From an uncultured Actinomycetes bacterium (lineage in GTDB: Bacteria > Actinomycetota > UBA4738 > HRBIN12), in the NCBI GenBank assembly GCA_963704725.1, contig OY969934.1, positions 3,040,001 through 3,104,000 of the forward strand: a DNA stretch of 64,000 nt, read 5' to 3'. Positions 10,296 through 19,436 of the stretch are shown here, one piece after another. The notes beneath the pieces are model-generated. The model saw nothing but the letters and a program-made list of their open reading frames with translations, searched no databases and had not been told where the DNA came from. The number at the start of each line of letters is the position of its first letter. The stretch's first letter is position 1. Made by a program: the position numbers and the translations under genes.

Positions 10296-11047
10296 TGCTG
10301 GCGCTGTCGCAGGCACAGGGCGTCATCCTCGCGATCGGCGGGGCGATCTTCCTCGGCATCGCGGGCGGCGTGCTGGTCCTGCGGGGCCGGCGTCAAGCCG
10401 CCGCCGCGGCCCTCGACATCCCCCGCGGGATGCGGCCGGGCCCCTCCGACGCGGACCTGGAGACGCCGCTCTTGCTGAAGTTGCAGAGCTGGGGCGTCGT
10501 GCTCGTCGTCTTCCTCGTGGTGTGGGTGCCGGCGACGTGGCTCTTCGAGCCCGACCGGAACCTCGGCCAGGAGCGCGCGCTCAAGTCCGACTCGATCGCC
10601 CGGGGCAGCCACGGCGTCCAGCTCTTCAGCGAGGAGAACCAGACCGGCATCGGCTGCGTCCGCTGTCACGGACCCGAGCTGACGGGCTCGGTCATCCCCG
10701 ACACCCGGCAGGACCCGGCCGTCCCCTTCGTGACGCCGAACCTGACGACGGTGTGCGGCGGTCCGTTCACGGGACACCCGGCCATCTACGGGCTGAACGA
10801 CATCTACACGACGATCGAGCAGGGGCGGAGCCTCATGCCGTCGTGGAGCATCCGGTTCGCCGGAGCGCTCGACGATCAGCAGATCAACGACATCGTGAAC
10901 TACATCGTGAGCATCCAGGACGAGACCGTCGTCACGAACGACCACAACGTCTGCACGAACCCGGACGCCCAGCAGGCCGCGGTGGATCAGTTCCTGGGCG
11001 GCGACCTCAGCAAGAAGCCGAACCCGACGTCGAACGTGGAGCTGTGA
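10292..11047 (+). CDS. Membrane-anchored mono-heme cytochrome c
   Basis: 2 TM helices, CVRCH, axial MPSW. Confidence 0.88.
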   Translation: MMLALSQAQGVILAIGGAIFLGIAGGVLVLRGRRQAAAAALDIPRGMRPGPSDADLETPLLLKLQSWGVVLVVFLVVWVPATWLFEPDRNLGQERALKSDSIARGSHGVQLFSEENQTGIGCVRCHGPELTGSVIPDTRQDPAVPFVTPNLTTVCGGPFTGHPAIYGLNDIYTTIEQGRSLMPSWSIRFAGALDDQQINDIVNYIVSIQDETVVTNDHNVCTNPDAQQAAVDQFLGGDLSKKPNPTSNVEL

Positions 11048-11793
11048 TGCTGGCTGCGTCGTGCGTCGGGTTCGAGATCCCCTGCGAGACCCTCCTCAAG
11101 GGCGGGCTGGCGGTCGTGATGGGGTTCGTCCTGTTCGTCGGCAGCGTGATGCTGCTGCTCTCGGCCGTGTTCGGCCGGAAGATGGCGTATCTCGTCGTGG
11201 CCGTGGCGTTCTTCGGGTGGATGACCATCATGTCGACGATCTGGCTCACCGGGTTCTTCATCTCGCAAGGCCCGACGACGCCTCGGAACCTCGGCCCCCG
11301 GGGGACCGACCCCACGTGGGTGGTCGAGTCGCTCGGGACGAACCCCGAACCCGTCTACGACCAGTACTCCAGCTACCCGGACGGCGACGCCTGGCGGATA
11401 CCCGGCGACAACGAGAACGACAGCTCGTCGGTGCAGTCGGTGACGTCGGCGGCGCAGGCGTTCCTCGTGGAGAAGGGGAACGAGGAGCTCGGCGTGGGCG
11501 AGTTCGACCCGGACGCGCTGGCGACGACCGACTTCACCATCGACCGGATCGAGTTCGCCACGGCGGGGGGCGTGTCGCTGGCCGCGGCGCAGGGGTACTT
11601 CACCGGGGGAGGCCCCAGGGTCACGCTCTACATGCGCCACGACTCCGGCAGCGTGCCCCGGTACTCGTGGATGTTCCTGATCGGCTCGGTGTTCGGGCTC
11701 GCGGTCCACATCCCGTTCCTGGACCGGGCCGAGCGCTCGCGCAAGGAGATCCTGACGGGCGGGACGGCCCCGCCGTGGTACGGACCCGCCTAG
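11047..11793 (+). CDS. 3-TM membrane protein with extracytoplasmic domain, in the Rieske/cytb operon
   Basis: Start overlaps the cyt c stop; hydrophobic segments; host codon usage. Confidence 0.8.
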   Translation: MLAASCVGFEIPCETLLKGGLAVVMGFVLFVGSVMLLLSAVFGRKMAYLVVAVAFFGWMTIMSTIWLTGFFISQGPTTPRNLGPRGTDPTWVVESLGTNPEPVYDQYSSYPDGDAWRIPGDNENDSSSVQSVTSAAQAFLVEKGNEELGVGEFDPDALATTDFTIDRIEFATAGGVSLAAAQGYFTGGGPRVTLYMRHDSGSVPRYSWMFLIGSVFGLAVHIPFLDRAERSRKEILTGGTAPPWYGPA

Positions 11794-11807
11794 GAGGACT
11801 CACACAG

Positions 11808-11918
11808 ATGCTGGCTCAGGAAGCTCGGCTGCTCGACCAGGGCGCGGTGCAGTTCGTGATCTTCGGGATCATGGTCGTGGTGATCTTCATCGCGCTCTGG
11901 TTCACGATCGCCAAGTAG
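11808..11918 (+). CDS. 36-aa single-TM peptide
   Basis: RBS AGGAGG, then MLAQEARLLDQGAVQFVIFGIMVVVIFIALWFTIAK*. Confidence 0.75.
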   Translation: MLAQEARLLDQGAVQFVIFGIMVVVIFIALWFTIAK

Positions 11919-11923
11919 CGCCT

Positions 11924-12595
11924 TCACCCCGTCGCCGAACGCCCCTTCCGCTTCACGTCGGCCAGGGCCACCTTGCGCTGCTCGTAGTAGGTCAGGATCT
12001 GGAGCTCCACCGCGAGGTCGACCTTGCGCACGGACACGCCGTCGGGGACCGCGAGGGCCACGGGGGCGAAGTTCAGGATCGAGCGGATCCCCGCTTCGAC
12101 CATCGCGTCCGCCACCTCTTGGGCCGCGGACGCCGGGGTCGAGATCACGCCGATCACCGCGTCGTGCTCGCGCGCGATGGCTCTGAGATCCTCGATGGGG
12201 CGGATCCGGAGCTCGCCCACGGTCTCACCGATCTTGGCCGGGTCGTTGTCGACGAGGGCCGCCGCGCGGAAGCCCCGCTCCGCGAACCCCCGGTAGTTGG
12301 CGAGGGCGTGCCCGAGGTTGCCGATCCCGGCGATCACGATCGGCCAGTGCTGTGTCAGCCCGAGCTCGCGCCGGATCTGGTGGATCAGATACGCGACGTC
12401 GTATCCCACGCCGCGGGTCCCGTAGGAGCCGAGGTGCGACAGGTCCTTGCGTACCTTGGCGGAGTTGACCCCCGTGGCCTCGGCCAGCGCCTCGGAGGAG
12501 AGCGTGGGGACCCCGCCCTCGGCGATCTCGACGAGGGCCCGCAGGTACAGCGGGAGGCGGCTCACCGTCGCCTCGGGGATCGGCCGGTCGGTCAC
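11924..12595 (-). CDS. rex: Redox-sensing repressor Rex
   Basis: IPEATVSRLPLY, VRKDLSHLGSYGTRGVGY, GIGNLG, ILNFAP. Confidence 0.97.
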   Translation of the reverse strand: MTDRPIPEATVSRLPLYLRALVEIAEGGVPTLSSEALAEATGVNSAKVRKDLSHLGSYGTRGVGYDVAYLIHQIRRELGLTQHWPIVIAGIGNLGHALANYRGFAERGFRAAALVDNDPAKIGETVGELRIRPIEDLRAIAREHDAVIGVISTPASAAQEVADAMVEAGIRSILNFAPVALAVPDGVSVRKVDLAVELQILTYYEQRKVALADVKRKGRSATG

Positions 12596-12609
12596 GCCGC
12601 GGGATGATA

Positions 12610-12640
12610 GTGCATTCGTGAACGCGGTTCACGAATGCAC
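12610..12640. promoter_or_regulatory. Perfect 14-bp-arm palindrome with a Rex-like core, overlapping the rex promoter
   Basis: GTGCATTCGTGAAC-GCG-GTTCACGAATGCAC; TATCAT -10 (minus strand, 12604-12609) lies 8 nt before the rex GTG. Confidence 0.75.
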
Positions 12641-12647
12641 GAGCGTC

Positions 12648-12884
12648 TCACCCCCGGAGGGCCCGGGCGAGCGCGCGTGGGTCCACTCGGATCTCGAACG
12701 CCTCGTCCCCGTCGACGAGCACGACCGGGATGCGGATGCCGTACTCGAGCTCGAGCGCGTCGTCGCCGGTGATGTCGACCTCCCGGTACTCGAAGCCGGT
12801 CCGCTCGCGCTCGGCCAGGATCACCTCGCGAGCCTCGTCGCACAGGCCGCAGCCCGGCCGCGAGTACATCAGGACCCGGTGCAC
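12648..12884 (-). CDS. Glutaredoxin-like protein (DUF836)
   Basis: YSRPGCGLC...IPVVLVDG; usual neighbour of rex in actinobacteria. Confidence 0.88.
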   Translation of the reverse strand: MHRVLMYSRPGCGLCDEAREVILAERERTGFEYREVDITGDDALELEYGIRIPVVLVDGDEAFEIRVDPRALARALRG

Positions 12885-12947
12885 GAACGCGGATGCTACC
12901 GGCCGGCTCACGGGGAACGCACAGGTGCCTGTGATAGGAAACGCGGC

Positions 12948-13520
12948 ATGAGGGAGGAGGACGTCCAGGACCTCGAGCTTCACCGGCTCCTGTCCGCGCG
13001 CGACCGGGCGGCGTTCGACGAGCTGTACCGGCGGTACGGGGCCGCAGCTCACGGCCTGGCGCTCCGTGTCACGGCCCAGGAGGCGCTGGCCCAGGAGGTG
13101 GTGCAGGACGCCTTCCTTGCGCTGTGGCGGGCGCCCGAGGCCTTCGACCCGGCCCGGGGTGCCTTCCGTTCGTTCTTCCTCTCGCTGGTCCACCACCGGG
13201 CGGTCGACGTGGTCCGGCGCGAGGAGCGCCTGCGGAACCGGGCCGAGCGGGCCTCGAACCTCGAGCCGGTTCGTGGCGAAGATGTTGCGGACGAGGTCGT
13301 CGAGGGCGCCTACCTGAACGTCCGGAGCAAGCAGGTTCGGGAGGCGCTCACGACGCTGCCTCCGGAGCAGCGACAGGTGGTCGAGCTGGCATACTTCGGC
13401 GGCTACACCCAGGCCCGGATCGCGGAGTCCCTCGGGATCCCGATCGGCACCGTGAAGACCCGGACCCTCGCGGCGATGCGCAAGCTGCGGCGGGCCCTCA
13501 TCGAGGAGGACGGGGCGTAG
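12948..13520 (+). CDS. ECF sigma factor, SigK-like
   Basis: AQEVVQDAF, LAYFGGYTQ, GTVKTR. Confidence 0.92.
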   Translation: MREEDVQDLELHRLLSARDRAAFDELYRRYGAAAHGLALRVTAQEALAQEVVQDAFLALWRAPEAFDPARGAFRSFFLSLVHHRAVDVVRREERLRNRAERASNLEPVRGEDVADEVVEGAYLNVRSKQVREALTTLPPEQRQVVELAYFGGYTQARIAESLGIPIGTVKTRTLAAMRKLRRALIEEDGA

Positions 13521-14254
13521 TGCAGGACCACGAGCGGATCGAGGAGCTCCTCGCCGGATACGCGCTGCTCGCGCTGTCCGGACAGGACGCCGAGGAGGCC
13601 GACCGGCTCCTCACCGATCACGTTCCGGGATGCCCCGCCTGCCGGCAGACCCTGTCCGACTTCCGCATCCTCTCGGGGGACCTGGCGCTCGCCGCCGACC
13701 CCGTCCCGCCGCCGGATCTCACGCTTGCGCGGATCCACCGGGCCATCGACGAGGTCCCCCTCACCGGCCGTCCGGCCCGGCGCGGCTCGTTCCTCGCGCT
13801 CGCGGCCGGGGTGGTGGCCCTCGTCGCCATGGGCGGTCTGTCGTTCGTCATGGCCGGCCGGGCGAGCAACGCCCAGGACAGCACGGCCACGGCGCTCGAG
13901 GCGCTCGTCGCGCTGCAGTCGCCCGGCTCCGCCTCCGCGCAACTGGAGCCGAAGGGCGGCACGCCGTCGTCCTCGGGATTCCTCGAGATCTCACGGCCCG
14001 ATGCCGGGGTGAGCTACCTCGTCGCCTGGGAGTGCCCCGACCCGGATCCCAGCTACGAGTACGTGCTGTGGCTGGGCAAGGGCGGCGAGTTCACCCCGAT
14101 CGCGAGGTTCTCGCCGTCGGACGGGCGGGTCCTGCTCCGGCTCCCGGTCGACGTCACGGCCTTCGACGCGATCTGGATCACCGAGGAGGTCGCCGGGGTC
14201 ACGCCGGCCACCCCGAACACGTCGCGGCGATCCTGGAGCGGACTGCTCGGCTGA
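13520..14254 (+). CDS. Zinc-binding anti-sigma factor, RskA-like
   Basis: HVPGCPAC ZAS motif, one TM, YVLWL and ITEE motifs; coupled to the sigma gene. Confidence 0.85.
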   Translation: MQDHERIEELLAGYALLALSGQDAEEADRLLTDHVPGCPACRQTLSDFRILSGDLALAADPVPPPDLTLARIHRAIDEVPLTGRPARRGSFLALAAGVVALVAMGGLSFVMAGRASNAQDSTATALEALVALQSPGSASAQLEPKGGTPSSSGFLEISRPDAGVSYLVAWECPDPDPSYEYVLWLGKGGEFTPIARFSPSDGRVLLRLPVDVTAFDAIWITEEVAGVTPATPNTSRRSWSGLLG

Positions 14255-14269
14255 CGCCCGCCGGGCGCC

Positions 14270-15673
14270 TCAGAGCCGGGAGGCCCCGCTCACCGTCAGC
14301 ACGATGCCCACCACCGCGATGGCCGCGGCCGAGGCCACGGGCACCAGGCGGGCGAACCGTCCCGACATCCGCCGCTCGACGACATGGCGGGCCCGCAGGG
14401 CCAGGACGCCGACGCCCACGAGCGCCGCGGCCAGCCCGAGGCTGAACGCCCCGATCAGCGCCAAGCCGTAGGCGACCCGATGCAGCGCCACCGACGCGAG
14501 CAGCACGATGAGGGCGGTCGGCGACGGGAGGATCCCCCCGGCCACGGCCAGCGCCACGAGCCCCTTCCGCGAGAGCACGGGGGCCCCGAGCACCTCGTGC
14601 ACGTGTCCGTGCGGATGCTCGTGCGTCGCCGGACCGTGGACGTGCCCGGCGCCGTGATCGCCCCACGCGCCGAGCCGGGCCACGAGGAGCGTCACCCCCA
14701 GCCCCAGCGCGATCACGCCGGACGCGAGCCCGAGCCACGGGTAGACGCGCTCGGGGGCGAACACGCGGGTCGCCGACATCACCACGACCCCGAGCGCGAG
14801 CACCGATGCCGAGTGCATCACGGCGACGGCCCCACCCACGGCCACGGCCGTTCGCGCCCGGCCGCCGGCGCCGACCAGGTACGCCCCCATCAGGGTCTTG
14901 CCGTGGCCGGGTCCGAGAGCGTGGAGCGCGCCGAACCCGAACGCGAGGACGAGCGCGAACAGCATGACCGGGCCCGTCCGCTCGACGAGGTCGGCGAACG
15001 CACCGCCCGTCACCCCGGGCCGCTCCGAGCCACCGCCGCCGCCCTCCGCGGCAACCGCGGTGCTCGCGCCGGGGGCGAAGCGCAGGTGGGCCTCTCGCAC
15101 GTCGAGGGGGCTCGACAGCAGATCCGCGGGGTAGGAGCGGAGCCGGTCCGACGAGCTGACCGCGGGGACGCTCGAGCCGCGGACGGTCACGCCGTTCGTG
15201 CCGGTCGCGGTCACCTCGTGCCAGCCGATCCGATCCATGAAGTTCGCGTCGCGAAGGACGAGCGCCCCGGCATCCGGCGCCTCGCCGGAGAACGTCGCCT
15301 CCAGTCGCAGGATGTGGAGCCCGCCCTGCCCTGGAAGGAGTTCCACGTGGGCCGCGGTCCCGGCGAGCGCGACCGGCCGGCCGTCGATCGTGAGCATGAG
15401 GCCGGCAAGCAGCTCGGGAGCCCGGGCGGTCGCCCAGGCCGAGCCCTCGGCGTCCGAGACCGTGCCGTCGCCGTCGGCGTCGAGCTCCGGCATCGCCTGG
15501 ACGGTCGGGATCTCCGCCATGTCCAGCACGTACTCGACGCGGACGGCCCCCGGCGACAGCACCACCTCCGCGGACGTGTTCACCGTGAAATTCCCGAGGG
15601 GATGGGCCAGCGCGAGCGCCGGCACCAGCAGGACGGACCCCACGACGCCGAGGAGCAGCAGCGCCCGTCTCAT
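14270..15673 (-). CDS. Ni/Co transporter (RcnA/HoxN-like permease) with N-terminal extracytoplasmic domain
   Basis: AHPLGNFTVN after a signal peptide; HALGPGHGK, His-rich loop, GGILPSP. Confidence 0.85.
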   Translation of the reverse strand: MRRALLLLGVVGSVLLVPALALAHPLGNFTVNTSAEVVLSPGAVRVEYVLDMAEIPTVQAMPELDADGDGTVSDAEGSAWATARAPELLAGLMLTIDGRPVALAGTAAHVELLPGQGGLHILRLEATFSGEAPDAGALVLRDANFMDRIGWHEVTATGTNGVTVRGSSVPAVSSSDRLRSYPADLLSSPLDVREAHLRFAPGASTAVAAEGGGGGSERPGVTGGAFADLVERTGPVMLFALVLAFGFGALHALGPGHGKTLMGAYLVGAGGRARTAVAVGGAVAVMHSASVLALGVVVMSATRVFAPERVYPWLGLASGVIALGLGVTLLVARLGAWGDHGAGHVHGPATHEHPHGHVHEVLGAPVLSRKGLVALAVAGGILPSPTALIVLLASVALHRVAYGLALIGAFSLGLAAALVGVGVLALRARHVVERRMSGRFARLVPVASAAAIAVVGIVLTVSGASRL

Positions 15674-17010
15674 CGTCCCGCCCCGAGCTCGGCGAGCGCG
15701 CGCTCGGCCTCCCGCGCGTGCAGGATCGAGAAGTGCGGGTTGGTCTCGAGCGCCTCCTGCAGCAGGCGCCGGGCGGCGCCGTCGCGACCGCGGGCGCGCT
15801 CGATCATCCCCGCATGGAACAGGAAGGTCGCGTTCCGGGTGCCGAGCCGCAGCGCCCGGTCGGCCATCCTCGCCGCGTCGTCGTACCGACCGCCGGTGTA
15901 CAGAGCCCACGCGTAGGCGTCGGCGACGTGGACGCTGTGGCGGCGGGCCCACTCGGCCTTCGCCGCGGCCAGCGCCGAGCGCGCGTCGCCGTGATCGGCG
16001 TCGAACAGCGCGATCTCGAGATCGACGTTGACGCCGCTCTCCTGCGCGATGGCGCGCGTCGCCTCGACCACCGCGTACTGCTGGCGCGCCAGGTCCTGCT
16101 GTCCCGTCGAGGCGTACAGATCTCCGAGCGCCGTGACGAACTCCACGGACGGGTAGACGGCCACGACGTCCGCGTAGCGGCGGATCGCCGGCTCGACGTC
16201 GCCGCGCGCCCACGCCACCTTGGCCAGACCCGCAGCGTTCGGCACGTACGAGGACGCCAGACCGAGCCCCCGCCGGTACCAGCCGGCCGCGGCCCGGACG
16301 TCCCCCCGGCCGAACTCGAGCTCCCCCAGCTGGTAGGCCGCCCACGCGGCGTCCGCGGGCGTGCCCGACGCGTCGAACGCCAATCGCATCGCGTCGATCG
16401 CCCCGGAGACGTCGCCGAGGAGCTCCCGCGCGTACGACGCCCTCGCGTACGAGGCGACGTCCGGGCGCGTGTCGACCATCGTCTGGAACGTGGTGAACGC
16501 CTCGTCGTACCGCCCGAGCTCCAGGAGCGCGTCGCCCTCGACGCCGTACACGTCGGCGTCGTAGGGATCGATGGCCTCGGCGGCGCGGCCGCGCTCGAGG
16601 GCCTGGGAGAAGTCGTGCCGGGCCAGGGCCAGCGCGCCGAGACCGAGCTCGGCGTCGGCGTTGCCGTCGGGGTGCAGCCGGAGCGAGCGCTCCAGCGCGC
16701 CCTGGGCCTTCGGGTACCAGGTGGGATCCGCCGTCACCCGCGCCTGCGTGACGTACGCGAGCCCCAGGGACGCGTAGCCTCGCCAGTCGTCGGGCACGAC
16801 CCGGAGCCGGTCCTGCAGGGCCTCGATCGAGGACCGCAGCGACCCGGTGGCGACCGCCGGCCGTAGGAGCGTCGAGCTCGACGCGCCGGACGCGAGCGCC
16901 CGGTCCCCGGGACCGCCGTCGGAGCCCCCGCCGAGGTTCAGCACCGCGGCGCCCGCCAGCAGGGCCATCGCGGCGACCCCGATCGTCGCCGCCTTCACGA
17001 CTGCCTTCAT
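15670..17010 (-). CDS. Secreted/membrane TPR protein
   Basis: N-terminal hydrophobic segment, repeated TPR-like helices; RBS GGAG. Confidence 0.85.
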   Translation of the reverse strand: MKAVVKAATIGVAAMALLAGAAVLNLGGGSDGGPGDRALASGASSSTLLRPAVATGSLRSSIEALQDRLRVVPDDWRGYASLGLAYVTQARVTADPTWYPKAQGALERSLRLHPDGNADAELGLGALALARHDFSQALERGRAAEAIDPYDADVYGVEGDALLELGRYDEAFTTFQTMVDTRPDVASYARASYARELLGDVSGAIDAMRLAFDASGTPADAAWAAYQLGELEFGRGDVRAAAGWYRRGLGLASSYVPNAAGLAKVAWARGDVEPAIRRYADVVAVYPSVEFVTALGDLYASTGQQDLARQQYAVVEATRAIAQESGVNVDLEIALFDADHGDARSALAAAKAEWARRHSVHVADAYAWALYTGGRYDDAARMADRALRLGTRNATFLFHAGMIERARGRDGAARRLLQEALETNPHFSILHAREAERALAELGAGR

Positions 17011-17075
17011 GCCTCGCTCCTCCAGAGGTGGTGAGGAGGGGCCCGGCGGGCGCCGGACCCCTCCCCGTGCTGCCG

Positions 17076-18470
17076 TCAGTGCGGGTCGGCGTCCGAACCC
17101 GAGTGCGGGTACGCGACGTAGGGGAACGACGAGTTGAAGGGCACGTCGTTCGCGTCCACGCCGTCGCCGATCGTGTCGGCGATCGCCTGGTGCTCCGGCA
17201 GGAGCACGCCGAGCACGACGCGCAGCGAGTCGTCGATGATGTCGTCCGACAGGCGCCGGCCGTTCGGGAACCCGGCGAGATCGCCGCCGAGCACCCCGAG
17301 CGTCGAGCACGCCGTCGAGCAGGGGTCGATCGACATGTTGAGGCGGAGCATCTCGCTGGGCGTGCCGTTCTCGGGCTGGTTGAGCCCGGCCACGCCGGTC
17401 AGGAAGACGCTGATCAGGTCGGCCCGCTGGATGCCGTCCGTGTCCGGGTCCGAGTCCGGGATGTCGAGCCCGTACACCGCGTTCAGCAGGTGCGGCAGCT
17501 CTGGATCCTGGACCAGCGGGAGCGCCGCCGGGTCCTGCGTGGGCTTGGAGGAGTTGAAGTAGTCCTTCAGACCCACCGGGATGACGACCTCGTTCACGAG
17601 CGGCATGCCCAGACGCGAGACCTGGACGTACTTGCCTTGGCTGTTCGTCGATCCGTCGGGACGCTGGATCCGGACGCTCTTGCGAGAGGTGGTGCTCCAG
17701 ATCCCGATGATCGGGTTGGCGTCGGCGTCGCCCGCCATCGCGAGATCGTCCTTCGGCACCTGCAGGGCGATCGTCTGGACGTTGAACCCGGCGAGCGTGT
17801 CGTCCCCGACCTCGCTCAGGTTCGCTCCGTACAGGAGGTCGAACACCCGCAGGTCGAGGAAGAACGCGTCGTCGGACTGACCGGTCCAGGTACGGCCGGG
17901 GCCGAAGCTCTCGACCGCCGCGTCGAACAGGTTGGCGTTGTAGTTCGGCATCGAGGCCGCGCCCACGTTGTTCGGCGCGGAGACGGCGTTGTGAACGAGG
18001 ACCCGCCTGCGGCCCGTCGACTTGTCGATCAGGGTCAGGTCGTACGTCTGGTAGAAGTTCAGGTCCGCGTCGTTCAGCGACGTGACCGGCCCGGTGTTGT
18101 ACAGGAACGTGTTCGGGTTCCGCGTGTGGTTGGTGAAGACCCACTCGTACACCAAGTCGGGCTTCGCGTCGTGGTCGTTGTCGATGTTGACGTCGTACTT
18201 CGCGCCCTCGGCCCAGGAGTAGAAGTTCGGGCCGCCGGCCGGCTCCTCGAACGGGAGCCACGAGGCGATGATCGAGACGGTGTCCGGGCGGTCCTCGCTG
18301 ACGAACGCCCACACGTCGGTAGTGTCGATCTGCGGGTCCGCGGACACGAGCGGCGCCTCACGGTGGCTCGACGTCCTGCCCTCGATCGGCGCGAGGGCCA
18401 ACAGGCCGGCCGCCAGGGCGAGGCACGCCGCCGCCGCGAGGGCGCGCGTGCGCAGAGGCTTCACAAGCAA
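17076..18470 (-). CDS. DUF4331 family secreted protein
   Basis: SSHREAP, DDAFFLDL, QVSRLGMPLVNE, GFPNGRRLSDD, FPYV; RBS GGAGG before TTG. Confidence 0.9.
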   Translation of the reverse strand: MLVKPLRTRALAAAACLALAAGLLALAPIEGRTSSHREAPLVSADPQIDTTDVWAFVSEDRPDTVSIIASWLPFEEPAGGPNFYSWAEGAKYDVNIDNDHDAKPDLVYEWVFTNHTRNPNTFLYNTGPVTSLNDADLNFYQTYDLTLIDKSTGRRRVLVHNAVSAPNNVGAASMPNYNANLFDAAVESFGPGRTWTGQSDDAFFLDLRVFDLLYGANLSEVGDDTLAGFNVQTIALQVPKDDLAMAGDADANPIIGIWSTTSRKSVRIQRPDGSTNSQGKYVQVSRLGMPLVNEVVIPVGLKDYFNSSKPTQDPAALPLVQDPELPHLLNAVYGLDIPDSDPDTDGIQRADLISVFLTGVAGLNQPENGTPSEMLRLNMSIDPCSTACSTLGVLGGDLAGFPNGRRLSDDIIDDSLRVVLGVLLPEHQAIADTIGDGVDANDVPFNSSFPYVAYPHSGSDADPH

Positions 18471-18580
18471 CGGGATTCCTCCTTCGGAAGAGAGTGCGTC
18501 GACGACCTCCGCCCCGAGGACCGGCACTTCCGGCCCCCGCACCCCCACCTCCTTCGCTCCTCGGGCGCGGTCAGCGGTGC

Positions 18581-18606
18581 TTCGCGATGCGCCGCAGGTC
18601 GGATCA
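18581..18606 (-). promoter_or_regulatory. ECF (SigK-like) promoter for the DUF4331 operon
   Basis: Minus strand TGATCC-N16-CGAA. Confidence 0.6.
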
Positions 18607-18639
18607 CCTTTCGGTGCAGGAGCGGCGGGAAGAGGCGGT

Positions 18640-19344
18640 TCAGGCCGAGACGTCGACCCGATCGGCCGGTCGCGGCGAGGACCGCGAGGCGCGCAGGAAC
18701 CCCCAGAACATGATCGAGATCCCGGCCAGGAGCGAGACGGAGAACGGGACGAGATGGCCGAGGGCGGCGAACGCGGACCCGAAGCCCGCGATCACGGTCG
18801 CTCCCAGCGCGATCACCAGGGTCCCCATGAACCGGTCGCGGAGCTCCGGCCGGCCGCGCATGCGCCACGCCGACCACAGCGCCCCGCCGACGAGGACGAG
18901 GTAGGCCGGGATCGAGACGAGCTGCGGGAGCCGGTGGGCCGCCGAGCCGTCGCCGAACACGTCCTTGCCGGAGGGGAGGTCGTGGGCCAACGCGGCCGCC
19001 GAGGGCGCCGCGGTCCGCACCACGGCGATCGTGTAGGCGGTGACGAACACGAGCAGGACGTACAGCGCCGAGCGGATCGCGCGGGGGCGAACCAGGAGGT
19101 CGAGCTCGCCTTGCGCCAGGAACGGCACGTTCAGCACCGCGCCGAGCGACCAGTAGGTCCGGAACTCACCGGAGGTCCAACCGCTCGCGGCGCCGAGCGC
19201 CACGCACAGCGACGCGACCGCGTACATCAGGAGCGCCACCGCCCAGAACGCCTGGTACGAGCGGCGGTGCCGGGCGAACTGCCGTCCCAGCAGGGTGGCG
19301 AACGCGATCGCGACGATCGCGGCGAGAGCGGGGAACACCCACAT
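18640..19344 (-). CDS. Conserved multi-pass membrane protein
   Basis: About 7 TM helices; TATGCT -10 just before ATG (leaderless). Confidence 0.8.
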   Translation of the reverse strand: MWVFPALAAIVAIAFATLLGRQFARHRRSYQAFWAVALLMYAVASLCVALGAASGWTSGEFRTYWSLGAVLNVPFLAQGELDLLVRPRAIRSALYVLLVFVTAYTIAVVRTAAPSAAALAHDLPSGKDVFGDGSAAHRLPQLVSIPAYLVLVGGALWSAWRMRGRPELRDRFMGTLVIALGATVIAGFGSAFAALGHLVPFSVSLLAGISIMFWGFLRASRSSPRPADRVDVSA

Positions 19345-19436
19345 GCGCCGGGCAGCATACCCGTGGTCCCCGGCCGAGCCGCCCGATCGGATCGACCCTC
19401 GGCGGGAGCGGGGAACCGCGCTGTTAGCATCGCCGT

